Below are positions 17,580 to 26,834 of a stretch of 64,000 nt of DNA, piece after piece. Position numbers and translations under genes: made by a program. Origin of the DNA: an uncultured Fibrella sp. (GTDB taxonomy: Bacteria > Bacteroidota > Bacteroidia > Cytophagales > Spirosomataceae). Where the stretch lies: NCBI RefSeq assembly GCF_964250085.1, contig NZ_CAXUEC010000013.1, positions 5,101-69,100 of the forward strand. Reading direction: 5' to 3'. Position 1 is the stretch's first letter. The number at the start of each line of letters is the position of its first letter. Below the pieces are notes generated by a model, which was not told the origin of the DNA, searched no databases, and saw nothing but the letters and a program-made list of their open reading frames with translations.

Positions 17580-18002
17580 ATGAATCGCATTATCATGTTT
17601 TTAAAAGCAAAATCGATCGGTTTGCTTATTGGAATCCTTTGGGCTACACTGTCGTGTTTCACGCCCACTGCAGATCCTACTCAGGCTATTGGCGTCTCGA
17701 TTCAGTCGGGAGAAGCCCATCAGCTTGCTTCTTACTTCGACAAAGATCTGGAACTACGCATAGACCCGGTGGGCGTCGACTTTGCCTCGGTGCAGGCCGG
17801 TCAGGCGGAGCTTATCATGCGCTCGTTCTTCAGAAAATACCCACCGCTGCGGTTCAGGACCGACGAGCAGGGCAGCACGCCGCACCTTCGCTATGCCACC
17901 GGTACCTACTGGTCTGGCTCCCGGTCGTTTCATATCAACGTATTGATGCGGCAGGCAACACCCGGCCAATACCGGATCCATTCGATTCAGGTGAATGAAT
18001 AA
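17580..18002 (+). CDS. DUF4783-like secreted protein
   Basis: The start is placed at MNRIIMFLKAKSIGLL (signal peptide); the ORF upstream of it overlaps the divergent gene. AELIMRSFFRKYPP is pattern-like for DUF4783. Confidence 0.45.
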   Translation: MNRIIMFLKAKSIGLLIGILWATLSCFTPTADPTQAIGVSIQSGEAHQLASYFDKDLELRIDPVGVDFASVQAGQAELIMRSFFRKYPPLRFRTDEQGSTPHLRYATGTYWSGSRSFHINVLMRQATPGQYRIHSIQVNE

Positions 18003-18123
18003 TTGGTCAGTAGTCATTGGTTGCTTCGCTTGGGAATGGCCAATCTGGCAACGCGACCAATGACTATTCCAACTTTTCTGATTTCCTCCCCCTATCTTTG
18101 CGCTTTCTTTCTGGAAGTTCGCA

Positions 18124-18714
18124 ATGACCATTAAAACCAAGAAATACGCGTTAGATCAAAAAACGTACATCAACTTAGCTATTCGGCAGTGGGTACGTGA
18201 TAACTGGCTCTGGAGCGGCATACCGCTGGCTCTAATTCTGATAAATGCCATCCTGAACCTTACGGGAGCCTATCCCAACTACTGGATATACATCGTCGTG
18301 ATTCTGCTGACGATCATTTACGTGCTGTTCTGGGCCGTTCAGTTCACCGGCGTTTCCCAGTCAGAGCAGTTCAAGCCTATGTTTGAGAAGTACGTCTACG
18401 AGATCGACAGTCGGCATATCATGATGAAGCTGAATGCCAAAGAAGGCGGTATGCTCAAATGGGATATGATCAAGGCGGCGGTCAAGGATAAAAACGCTTA
18501 CGTACTTCAGTTAGGCAATGGCCTCGACGGAGCTAATTCGCCCACCATGAATTTCTTTATGAAATACCTGGCCAAACAAATGGGTCGGGCTCAGTTCCTG
18601 TATCTGCCTTACTCCATTTTTACCAGCGAAAGCGATCAGCGATTCATGGATCTGCTGCTCCGCCGGAAAGGGCTGCTGGCCGATGAGCCCAAAGAGGTGA
18701 AAGAAGCCAAATAA
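18124..18714 (+). CDS. hypothetical membrane protein (two N-terminal TM helices, YcxB-like layout)
   Basis: 196 aa with TM segments WLWSGIPLALILINAIL and YWIYIVVILLTIIYVLFWAV. Confidence 0.55.
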   Translation: MTIKTKKYALDQKTYINLAIRQWVRDNWLWSGIPLALILINAILNLTGAYPNYWIYIVVILLTIIYVLFWAVQFTGVSQSEQFKPMFEKYVYEIDSRHIMMKLNAKEGGMLKWDMIKAAVKDKNAYVLQLGNGLDGANSPTMNFFMKYLAKQMGRAQFLYLPYSIFTSESDQRFMDLLLRRKGLLADEPKEVKEAK

Positions 18715-18733
18715 AAAAAAGCATACGCGAACC

Positions 18734-18785
18734 GAACGGGCTTCGGCGTTACCTTCTATGGAACGTCGAAGCCCGTTCTTTTTTG
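18734..18785 (+). terminator. intrinsic terminator
   Basis: GAACGGGCTTCG pairs with CGAAGCCCGTTC (12-bp stem, 21-nt loop) and is followed by T7 (18779-18785). Confidence 0.7.
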
Positions 18786-18788
18786 CCC

Positions 18789-20756
18789 ATGCTCCAACCC
18801 ACCGACTCCCCTAATGGGCCTATCTGGACGCCCAATGCCCGATTCCAGCACCAGTCCAGACTTAAGCATTTCATCGACCATCTTTTCGTCAAGCACGGCC
18901 TGTACCTGCGCCACTACGATGACCTGTGGAACTGGTCGGTGACGAATCTAGATGATTTCTGGGAAGCTGTTGCCGCTTATTTTGAGGTGCAGTTTCACAC
19001 ACCGTATCAGAACGTTATTGAGAGGCCCCGCCACGGAATGATCGGCACGCGCTGGTTTACCGGTGCCACCGTCAATTACGCCGAACATATCTTTCGCAAT
19101 GCCAACAGCCAGTACCCGGCCCTGCTGTTTGCATCCGAAAAAAATCGGCTTCGTGGCCTGTCCTGGTCCGAGTTATCCTATCAGGTTGGCGCACTGGCGC
19201 AGTTTTTGCGTAATCAGGGCGTCGGTATCGGCGATCGGGTGGTTGCGTTGCTGCCCAACGTACCTGAAGCCGTTGTGGGCTTTCTGGCTACGCAGTCGCT
19301 GGGTGCCGTGTGGTCGAGCTGTTCGCCCGATTTCGGCACGGCCAGTGTGCTTGATCGTTTCCGGCAGATTGAACCAAAGGTTCTCCTGATGACCGACGGC
19401 TACACCTACAATGGCAAGCCGATCAGCAAAACAAGCGATCTGGGTACGTTACGCCAGGGCCTGCTTACAGTGCAACAGATTATCTGGGTGCCTTTCCTGA
19501 ACCCGGGTTCACCAACGCCCGGCGGTGTTATAGCCTGGGACGAGGTGCAGCAAACACCTTTTACCGAACTGACCTTTACACCCGTTCCGTTCAATCATCC
19601 CATGTGGGTGCTGTTTTCGTCGGGCACAACGGGCAAGCCCAAAGCCATTACGCATAGCGTGGGCGGTTGCCTGATCGAGCATTTGAAAGTGCTGGCCCTG
19701 CACCAGGATGTACGGCCCGGCGAGCGGTATTTCTGGTATTCGACCACCGGCTGGATGATGTGGAACTTCTCGGTCGCCTCGCTGCTGGTGGGGGCCACGC
19801 TGGTGTTGTACGAAGGCTCACCGGCATACCCCGACATGAACCGGCTCTGGCAGCTTATCGAACAGGCTCAGATCACCCATTTTGGCGGTGGCGCGGCCTA
19901 TTTCATGGCCTGCATGCGCGCGGGCCTCACGCCCGTCAAGATTGCCGGCCTGCGGTCGTTGCGGACCATTGGTGCCACCGGCTCGCCGTTGCCCCCCGAA
20001 GGGTTTCGCTGGGTTTATGAATCGGTGCGGGCCGACGTCTGGCTGATTTCGTTCAGCGGCGGCACCGACATTTGCAGCGGTTTTGTGGGTGGTAATCCGC
20101 TGGCTCCGGTAGTAGCGGGCGAAATCCAGTGCCGCCTGCTGGGCTGCAAAGTGGAGGCCTATGACGAGGAGGGCGAACCGGTGCGCGAGGTGCTGGGTGA
20201 AATGATGATTCTGGAGCCAATGCCGTCGATGCCCATCTACTTCTGGAACGACCCCAGCAACGACCGCTACCGAAGCAGTTATTTCGAGAACGACCCCGAC
20301 ACCTGGCGGCATGGCGACTGGATCAAGATCACTGATCGGGGCAGCGTCATCATCTACGGGCGGTCAGATGCTACCCTGAACCGCGACGGCGTACGCATTG
20401 GTACCGCCGAGATTTATTCAGCGGTAGAAAGTCTTCCCGATATTGCCGATAGCTTAGTGGTGGGTATCGAATTGCCCGATGGCAACTACCGCATGCCGCT
20501 CTTTGTGGTCCTGCGCGAGGGGTATACGCTGACCGATGAACTCATTACCCGCATCCGGCAAACGCTGAAGACGCAGTATAGTCCCCGGCACGTACCTGAC
20601 AGCATCTACCAGATCACTGAGGTGCCGTATACCATCAGCGGGAAGAAGATGGAAACGCCGGTGAAGAAGATCCTGATGGGGCAGCAGGCCGACCGGGTTG
20701 CCAGCCCGGATACCATGCGAAACCCCGGTGCCCTGGCGGCTTTTGAGCACATTTGA
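18789..20756 (+). CDS. acetoacetate-CoA ligase (acetoacetyl-CoA synthetase)
   Basis: About 655 aa. The N-terminal PIWTPN...LKHFIDHL....YDDLWNWSV.NLDDFW is typical of acetoacetyl-CoA synthetases. The AMP-binding motif SSGTTGKPK is present. The first ATG is at 18789. Confidence 0.85.
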   Translation: MLQPTDSPNGPIWTPNARFQHQSRLKHFIDHLFVKHGLYLRHYDDLWNWSVTNLDDFWEAVAAYFEVQFHTPYQNVIERPRHGMIGTRWFTGATVNYAEHIFRNANSQYPALLFASEKNRLRGLSWSELSYQVGALAQFLRNQGVGIGDRVVALLPNVPEAVVGFLATQSLGAVWSSCSPDFGTASVLDRFRQIEPKVLLMTDGYTYNGKPISKTSDLGTLRQGLLTVQQIIWVPFLNPGSPTPGGVIAWDEVQQTPFTELTFTPVPFNHPMWVLFSSGTTGKPKAITHSVGGCLIEHLKVLALHQDVRPGERYFWYSTTGWMMWNFSVASLLVGATLVLYEGSPAYPDMNRLWQLIEQAQITHFGGGAAYFMACMRAGLTPVKIAGLRSLRTIGATGSPLPPEGFRWVYESVRADVWLISFSGGTDICSGFVGGNPLAPVVAGEIQCRLLGCKVEAYDEEGEPVREVLGEMMILEPMPSMPIYFWNDPSNDRYRSSYFENDPDTWRHGDWIKITDRGSVIIYGRSDATLNRDGVRIGTAEIYSAVESLPDIADSLVVGIELPDGNYRMPLFVVLREGYTLTDELITRIRQTLKTQYSPRHVPDSIYQITEVPYTISGKKMETPVKKILMGQQADRVASPDTMRNPGALAAFEHI

Positions 20757-20867
20757 TCACCTTTTTAAAAGACCATTAGTTTTCGCTCAGTTTATCACGG
20801 TTGGGCAAACATTAATGAAGCCTTTTCGTGTTACGCTTCTATACGCAACAATCTGACGAACACCTGT

Positions 20868-22562
20868 ATGGCAACCAATGGCGCTACGCCAACACCCGAA
20901 CGAATTGACAATAACCGGACCATCGTTCGGTTGCCTATGCTGCTGGGGCTAACCCTCGCCGGCGGCGTGCTGATTGGTGCTTCTTTTTTTGGCGGAACAA
21001 AAGGATTAAACTCAATTGGTCGGGGCTATACCAAGTACAAAGAAATTCTGCAACTGATTGAAAACAACTACGTTGACTCTGTTAATACAGATGATCTGGT
21101 TGATTATTCGATCACGAAGATGCTCGAAAAACTTGACCCGCACACGGCTTACCTGAACCCAACCGACGCCGTGGCGGCCCGGTCTCAACTGGAAGGTGGC
21201 TTTGATGGCATCGGTGTTGAGTTCAACATCTTTGCCGATACCGTTTACGTGGTTACGCCCCTGGCGGGTGGCCCGTCTGAAGCCGCCGGTATTCGCAGCG
21301 GCGACAAGATCCTGAAAGTCGATGATACCCCGCTGACCGCTAAGGGTGTCGACAACACGGCCGTGTACAAAGCCATGCGGGGTAAACGCGGCACTGAAGT
21401 TCGGCTGACGGTGCTGTCGAAAGGGCAACAGCCCCGCGTGGTCACCGTTACCCGCGACCGGATTCCGACCTACGCCGTTGATGCCGCCTACATGACCGAT
21501 GCGCAAACGGGTTATCTGAAAGTAAACCGCTTCTCCGACTCGGCTTATGAGGAGTTCAGAAATGCGCTGGCGGGGCTGAAGCAACAGGGCATGAAGCAAC
21601 TGGTGCTCGACCTGCGCGGCAACCCCGGTGGCTATCTGGACCGGGCTACCAACATGGCCGATGAGTTTATCGACGGTAACAAACTGCTGGTGTACACCGA
21701 TGGGAAAGAAGATCGCTACGACCGGAAATACTACGCCAAACTCAACGGACAGTTTGAAGACGGTGCCCTGATCGTGCTAATCGATGAAGGCAGCGCCTCT
21801 GCCTCCGAAATCCTGGCTGGTGCCTTGCAGGACCATGACCGGGGCTATATCGTGGGCCGCCGCTCGTTCGGAAAAGGCCTGGTGCAAATGCCGGTGCAAC
21901 TCACCGACGGATCGGAACTCCGCCTGACCATATCGCGCTATTACACGCCAACGGGGCGCAGCATTCAGAAGCCGTACATTCCCGGTCAGGAGGGTGATTA
22001 CGAGAAAGAGCTTGAGCTGCGCTCGAAACGGGGCGAATACTACATCGCCGACAGCATCAAGAACGATCCCAAGAATGTGTTCAAAACCGACAAGGGCCGC
22101 ACCGTCTACGGCGGCGGCGGCATCACGCCCGATTACTTCGTTCCCCGCGATTCGAGCTGGCAGACTGCTTACCTGGGCCAGTTATACGCTAAGAACATCA
22201 TTCGTGAATACGCATTGTCCTACGCCAATGACAACCGGGCCAGTCTGGAAAAACTGCCTTTCGCTGAGTTCGACAAAGCAGTGAACCTGACCGACGACCA
22301 GTTGGCCGTCATGAATAAAGCCGCGGCGGCAGAAGGGGTTAAACTCAACGCGGCTGAGTTTGCCCGCTCGAAGAATTATATACGTACCCAAACCAAAGCG
22401 CTCATTGCTAGGTACGTCTACCAGAAGGCCAGCAAAGGCGGCCAGAACAATGAGTTCTACCGCATCATGAATACCGCCGATAACACCTACGTAAAAGCCC
22501 TGTCGCTGTTCAACAAAGCTCAGGAACTGGAGTTTGGCCCGAAAGCGGTTGGGAAGAAGTAA
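20868..22562 (+). CDS. S41 carboxy-terminal processing peptidase (PDZ domain)
   Basis: 564 aa with motifs LDLRGNPGGYL and GSASASEILAG, plus a PDZ segment (GGPSEAAGIRSGDKILKVDD). Confidence 0.9.
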   Translation: MATNGATPTPERIDNNRTIVRLPMLLGLTLAGGVLIGASFFGGTKGLNSIGRGYTKYKEILQLIENNYVDSVNTDDLVDYSITKMLEKLDPHTAYLNPTDAVAARSQLEGGFDGIGVEFNIFADTVYVVTPLAGGPSEAAGIRSGDKILKVDDTPLTAKGVDNTAVYKAMRGKRGTEVRLTVLSKGQQPRVVTVTRDRIPTYAVDAAYMTDAQTGYLKVNRFSDSAYEEFRNALAGLKQQGMKQLVLDLRGNPGGYLDRATNMADEFIDGNKLLVYTDGKEDRYDRKYYAKLNGQFEDGALIVLIDEGSASASEILAGALQDHDRGYIVGRRSFGKGLVQMPVQLTDGSELRLTISRYYTPTGRSIQKPYIPGQEGDYEKELELRSKRGEYYIADSIKNDPKNVFKTDKGRTVYGGGGITPDYFVPRDSSWQTAYLGQLYAKNIIREYALSYANDNRASLEKLPFAEFDKAVNLTDDQLAVMNKAAAAEGVKLNAAEFARSKNYIRTQTKALIARYVYQKASKGGQNNEFYRIMNTADNTYVKALSLFNKAQELEFGPKAVGKK

Positions 22563-22660
22563 AAAGTAGTCAAACACAGAGACGCCGAGTACACAGAGTT
22601 TCATTTCCTTTAGCAGGAAAACTCTGTGTACTCGGCGTCTCTGTGTTTGACTACTTTTTA
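22560..22660. repeat. perfect 42-bp inverted repeat between convergent genes (candidate bidirectional terminator)
   Basis: 22560-22601 is the exact reverse complement of 22619-22660, with a 17-nt loop. The stem base includes both stop codons: TAA at 22560-22562 and TTA (reverse TAA) at 22658-22660. Confidence 0.9.
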
Positions 22661-24811
22661 CTTCTTCACCACTCCTGTCAACTCCTGCACCAGCCGGTCG
22701 GCTTTGTAGATGTAGCGCATAGCGGCGAGAATCCCCCCCGCGTGGACAGAAATGGCCCGGTTGGCGTCGGGCACGAAGATGAACGAGCCAGGCAGGCTTT
22801 CCATGTTGCCATCGAATACCAGCCCCACGGCCTCCCGGTTTTTATTGATCATTGGACTGCCTGAATTGCCCCCGATAATGTCATTGGTGGATATGAAGCA
22901 CATGGGTTGTTTTAGCAACTCCGCCGGTGGATTGGCCCAGCGGGCGGGAAGATTCCAGGGCGCTTTGTTGCCAAACGAATAGCTGCGGTCATACAGCCCG
23001 GCAAAGGTGGTGATGATTGGCGCCTGCGTGCCATTGTACGGATATCCTTTCACCACGCCGTCATTGATCCGTAACGAAAACGTAGCGTCGGGCGGAATGC
23101 TTGTGCCGTAGGTATCGTACAGCGCCCGACCCAACTGGCTGCGAAGCACCTGCTGGCGTGTTGTTAAATCGCGCACGGTGGCATTGACGGCCAGAAAACG
23201 CTTTCCACCAAGGCGGCCCAGGGCCAGCAGTGGGTCGTTGTTGGTGGCCAGGGCGTTGGCTCCACCATCCTGCAACATCGTGACAAAGCCCCGATTTATG
23301 AGCTTTGTAGCGGCCAGTAAGGCGGCGGCAGCTTCGCGAGGCGAACGTACCTGACCGTTGGGTCCGGTGAGGGCTGCTTTCACATACGGGTCATCGTTGC
23401 CCAATGCTGCCTGTGCTTCGCTGAAATGAGCCGCCAGAAAGGCTTCTTCCAGGGCCCGGCTCTTTGGCCTGGGCATCTCCTCGAATACGCCTTTTGCCTG
23501 TTGCCAGATAGCCGGGTTGTCGGTTACCGCCTGATTAATGAATCCCAGCGTCATGGCAAAGGTCATTGTTTCGCCAAGCGCCATTGGGTTGGGGGCCAGG
23601 TACGTATAATCGTTGAATGCTTTTCGTTGGGCGGCAACGTCGGCGGCAAGATCATCCCAAGTTTTTGTTGAGATTCCTTTCTTCTGCGCATCGGCTTTAA
23701 AAGTACGCTCAAAAGCGGCCTTCCGGGCAATCAGGTACGGATCGCGGAGGCCGTCGAGTTGGCCTTTCGAGGCTTTATAGCTGTTTTCCAGGTTGAAAAT
23801 CTCGTTCAGAACGCTGTCGCTCTTGGCCGTTGCATTGTAGGCCTGCAATGCATTCGAGCGGCTGCGGAGTAGAGAGAGAGTATACGGAAACTGCAAATCA
23901 CGGTCATATTCCAGTTCCGCCACCGTTTTCAGGCGCTCGGTACTGCCGGGATTTCCCGTTACAAACGTAGGCTCCCCTTCGCGGATGCCGTTCGGGTTGA
24001 ACTTGAAAAAGTGGGTCGTCTGAAGTGGTTTTCCCTTATCATATACCCGGAAAAACGAGCAGTCGAGCGCATAGCGTGGGTACGTAAAGTTGTCGGGGTC
24101 GCCACCGAAAAAGCCCAGGTTTAGCTCCGGCATGAACACCAGCCGAACGTCGGTGAAGCGTTTGAACCCGTAAAGCGCATACCGGCCACCGTCGTAAAAC
24201 GTGATCGTCTGTAGTTCCAGCCCTTTCCAGTCGGCCTTGGCGGCGTATTCGTCTTTAATACTGGCAAAGATCTGTTCACGCGCCTGCACCTGCGCTTTCT
24301 CATCGGCCCCCGACGCCGTAACGGCATCCTGTACCCGCTTCGAAATGTCTTCGATCTTCACCAGTTGATCCACAAACAGACCGTCTACTTTCCGTTCTTC
24401 GGCGGCTGTTTTGGCAAAGAACCCGGTGTTGTTCAAATCCTCGCCCCGACGCGCCACGCCCGTCCCCGATTCGCGGGCGCAGTGGTGATTGGTCATGACC
24501 AACCCATTGGCTGATACGAACGACGCTGAGCAATAGTCGGCAAAGCGCAACGACGCCAACTGAACTTCCCGGAACCAGTTGGCGTCGGGGGTGAAGTTGT
24601 AGGTCTTCTTGAAGTAATCAGTCGGGGGCGTATCGAAGGTCCACATCTTGCCCATGTCGAACGGGCCCGCCTGAACGGTATCGGGGTTAAGTGTTGCCGA
24701 CGGTGCCTGCGCCCAACTGAGCGATGTGGCCAGCAGGCCTGCGAGCAACCCAGCCAGCGCGGGGCGAGCTGTACCTGCGAAGGGTATTCCAGTATGCTTA
24801 AGGCGAATCAT
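22658..24811 (-). CDS. S46 family dipeptidyl-peptidase (DPP7/DPP11-like)
   Basis: 717 aa with a signal peptide. The catalytic His context is CSASFVSANGLVMTNHHC and the catalytic Ser context is GGNSGSPMIN. Confidence 0.9.
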   Translation of the reverse strand: MIRLKHTGIPFAGTARPALAGLLAGLLATSLSWAQAPSATLNPDTVQAGPFDMGKMWTFDTPPTDYFKKTYNFTPDANWFREVQLASLRFADYCSASFVSANGLVMTNHHCARESGTGVARRGEDLNNTGFFAKTAAEERKVDGLFVDQLVKIEDISKRVQDAVTASGADEKAQVQAREQIFASIKDEYAAKADWKGLELQTITFYDGGRYALYGFKRFTDVRLVFMPELNLGFFGGDPDNFTYPRYALDCSFFRVYDKGKPLQTTHFFKFNPNGIREGEPTFVTGNPGSTERLKTVAELEYDRDLQFPYTLSLLRSRSNALQAYNATAKSDSVLNEIFNLENSYKASKGQLDGLRDPYLIARKAAFERTFKADAQKKGISTKTWDDLAADVAAQRKAFNDYTYLAPNPMALGETMTFAMTLGFINQAVTDNPAIWQQAKGVFEEMPRPKSRALEEAFLAAHFSEAQAALGNDDPYVKAALTGPNGQVRSPREAAAALLAATKLINRGFVTMLQDGGANALATNNDPLLALGRLGGKRFLAVNATVRDLTTRQQVLRSQLGRALYDTYGTSIPPDATFSLRINDGVVKGYPYNGTQAPIITTFAGLYDRSYSFGNKAPWNLPARWANPPAELLKQPMCFISTNDIIGGNSGSPMINKNREAVGLVFDGNMESLPGSFIFVPDANRAISVHAGGILAAMRYIYKADRLVQELTGVVKK

Positions 24812-24823
24812 AGAGACAGAAAA

Positions 24824-24841
24824 AGCCGTTATGACACGGCT
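24824..24841 (-). terminator. small intrinsic terminator after the 24883 gene
   Basis: AGCCGT/ACGGCT forms a 6-bp stem. The minus strand continues TTTTTC. Confidence 0.45.
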
Positions 24842-24882
24842 ATGAAGTTGATTTTTTTTAACCTTATAAGTTTTTGCGAGGC

Positions 24883-25743
24883 TTATTTTAAACCCCGCAG
24901 AAAGGCGAGACTTTTCGGCATCTGTTCCATTGATCGCGACGATTCGTCTTCAATAAAAAAGTGCTTGACGCCCGCCTTCTTAGCCGCCTGCATAAAAGCC
25001 GCAATACCAATATCGCCGTCGCCCAGTACCACGTTCGATTCCACGTCGGCGTGGCCCGTCATGGTGTTGGGCGTGCCGGGTTTACGGTCTTTTAGATGGG
25101 CCAGCAGAAAGCGTTTTGGGTATTGTTGCAGGAGTTTTATAGGGTCTTCGCCGGGCGCTTTCACCCAAAACACGTCCATCTCGAAGTTCACATATTTCGG
25201 ATCAAGGTTTTGGGCCAGATAGTCGAAATAGGTGGTGCCTTTGGGGTTTTTCTGAAACTCGTAGCCGTGGGTATGATAGCAGAGCGTGAGTTTGGCATCG
25301 GTCAGTAGCCGACCAGCCGTATTAAACACGTCGATAGCCCGATCAGCATCGCCAATCGTAAACAGATCTGCCGTGTGTGGAATCCAGGCGCAGACAACGT
25401 ACCTGGCACCCAGTGCTTTGGCTTCCGCAATGACTTTGGGGATGTTCATTTCCAGGTCATCGAAATCAGCGCCGACGCTAATGGCTTTAAGGCCATTTTT
25501 GTCCAGTTCCTGCCTGAAAGCAGCCGTTGAAAGATCATACGTACCGGCCACTTCCACCTCGCGGAAGCCCATCTGCCTCACCTTCGCCATTGTGCCAGGT
25601 ACGTCGGCCTTGAACTGGTCGCGAAAACTGTAGAGTTCAAGACCCACCGGGGCGGGCGGAGCAGACTGCGCCAGCATGCTGGTTGTCAGCAGGGTGGTTA
25701 GAAAAAGCGAAAGAATTTTCATAGGGTTCGGTTCAGGATTCAA
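24883..25743 (-). CDS. sugar phosphate isomerase/epimerase (xylose-isomerase-like TIM barrel), secreted
   Basis: 286 aa with a signal peptide and family-like motifs (GFREVEV, YHTHGYEF, AHLKD). Confidence 0.75.
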   Translation of the reverse strand: MNPEPNPMKILSLFLTTLLTTSMLAQSAPPAPVGLELYSFRDQFKADVPGTMAKVRQMGFREVEVAGTYDLSTAAFRQELDKNGLKAISVGADFDDLEMNIPKVIAEAKALGARYVVCAWIPHTADLFTIGDADRAIDVFNTAGRLLTDAKLTLCYHTHGYEFQKNPKGTTYFDYLAQNLDPKYVNFEMDVFWVKAPGEDPIKLLQQYPKRFLLAHLKDRKPGTPNTMTGHADVESNVVLGDGDIGIAAFMQAAKKAGVKHFFIEDESSRSMEQMPKSLAFLRGLK

Positions 25744-25814
25744 TAGGTAAAAGTAGCCAATTCTGCGTCATCATTAACGGAGAAGTGGCTACCTCGTAAA
25801 CGGCAAATGCCCGG

Positions 25815-26240
25815 CTATTTACCCCGTTGCTCTTTTACTTCCTGGGCCGAAATAGAAGTGGCCTTATTGCCGAAATTGCTACGAATAAACGTCAGCACAT
25901 CAGCGATTTGCTGATCGGATAAAAAGTCATGGGCGGGCATCACGTTGTCGTAGGGTTCGCCCTCAACTTCCGCGTCTTTCAGGCCTTTCAATAAGACACC
26001 GATCAGCCGCGCTTTGTCGCCGTTTACCCAGTCGGTGCCCCGCAACGGTGGATTCATATTGGGCACGCCACCACCATCTATCTGATGGCAGGTGAGGCAA
26101 TATTGCTTATAAATCGCCAGGCCGGGCTGCAGAGCGGCTACCGTCTGGCTTTTGGGCGGCGTAGTTGTTGCCGGTTTTCTGGTTTGGGCAAATGCTGTTT
26201 GTGCAAAGACAAAACTGCACAAAATGATGAGATAACGCAT
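25815..26240 (-). CDS. c-type cytochrome
   Basis: 141 aa with a signal peptide and the haem-binding motif CLTCHQ; a distal Met context (NVMPAH) is present. Confidence 0.85.
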   Translation of the reverse strand: MRYLIILCSFVFAQTAFAQTRKPATTTPPKSQTVAALQPGLAIYKQYCLTCHQIDGGGVPNMNPPLRGTDWVNGDKARLIGVLLKGLKDAEVEGEPYDNVMPAHDFLSDQQIADVLTFIRSNFGNKATSISAQEVKEQRGK

Positions 26241-26246
26241 GTTGAG

Positions 26247-26625
26247 TTATAGCGTTCGTGGATCCATAACAGTAAGACCCTGTATGTCAATGAAATCTTT
26301 TGTGTTACTAGTCAAACGTGTTAACTCGTTAACTAGCGCAGTGGCCGCAATGATTGCATCAGGAATTTTGGTACTTCTGGACTTCCGTAAAGCGATTGTT
26401 TGCAGAATAATTGGTTCAGCAAGTTCAATAACCTGGCTGTCGTTTACAAATTCACGGAACAGCGTCTTCTTTTGGCGCGTTAAACTCCAGTAGTTCTATA
26501 CGGGTTACTACCGATATAATCGCTCCGGAATCAACCAACTCATTTATAAAGTCCGTAGCTGATGCTGAGAATTTACCTGACAGATAATGCGATACAGCAT
26601 TGCTGTCTATCAGATACGACCCCAT
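26247..26625 (-). pseudogene. PIN-domain (VapC-like) toxin interrupted by a frameshift
   Basis: The N-terminal half MGSYLIDSNAV...VVTRIELLEFNAPKEDAV ends at a stop at 26452. The C-terminal half FREFVNDSQVIELAEPIILQTIALRKSRSTKIPDAIIAATALVNELTRLTSNTKDFIDIQGLTVMDP continues in another frame down to a stop at 26247-26249. The PIN acidic residues (D, E, D) are all present. Confidence 0.8.
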
Positions 26626-26819
26626 TCGTCGCGACTTTGCTGAATATGTTTGTCGAGTAGGCCGACTGTCCTGGCTGAGAGTTTTCCCGCGAAGCAATCT
26701 GCTGCTTTTGGCTTCTCTGTCTGTTTCTGATCAACGAACCGAGTAATCTGCCAGGCCTTCAGGTCGCGCAAAAGGGTCATCGCTTTTTGATCGCGGACTT
26801 CGATAAGTAGTGTTTCCAT
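26610..26819 (-). CDS. putative antitoxin partner of the PIN toxin
   Basis: 69 aa, immediately upstream of the PIN ORF and overlapping its start by 16 nt, which is a typical type II TA arrangement. Confidence 0.55.
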   Translation of the reverse strand: METLLIEVRDQKAMTLLRDLKAWQITRFVDQKQTEKPKAADCFAGKLSARTVGLLDKHIQQSRDEWGRI

Positions 26820-26834
26820 AGAACTCGATTTGGC

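Noticed and set aside
26239-26493. 84-aa plus-strand ORF
   Set aside because: It is antisense to the well-conserved C-terminal half of the PIN-domain gene and has no motif of its own.
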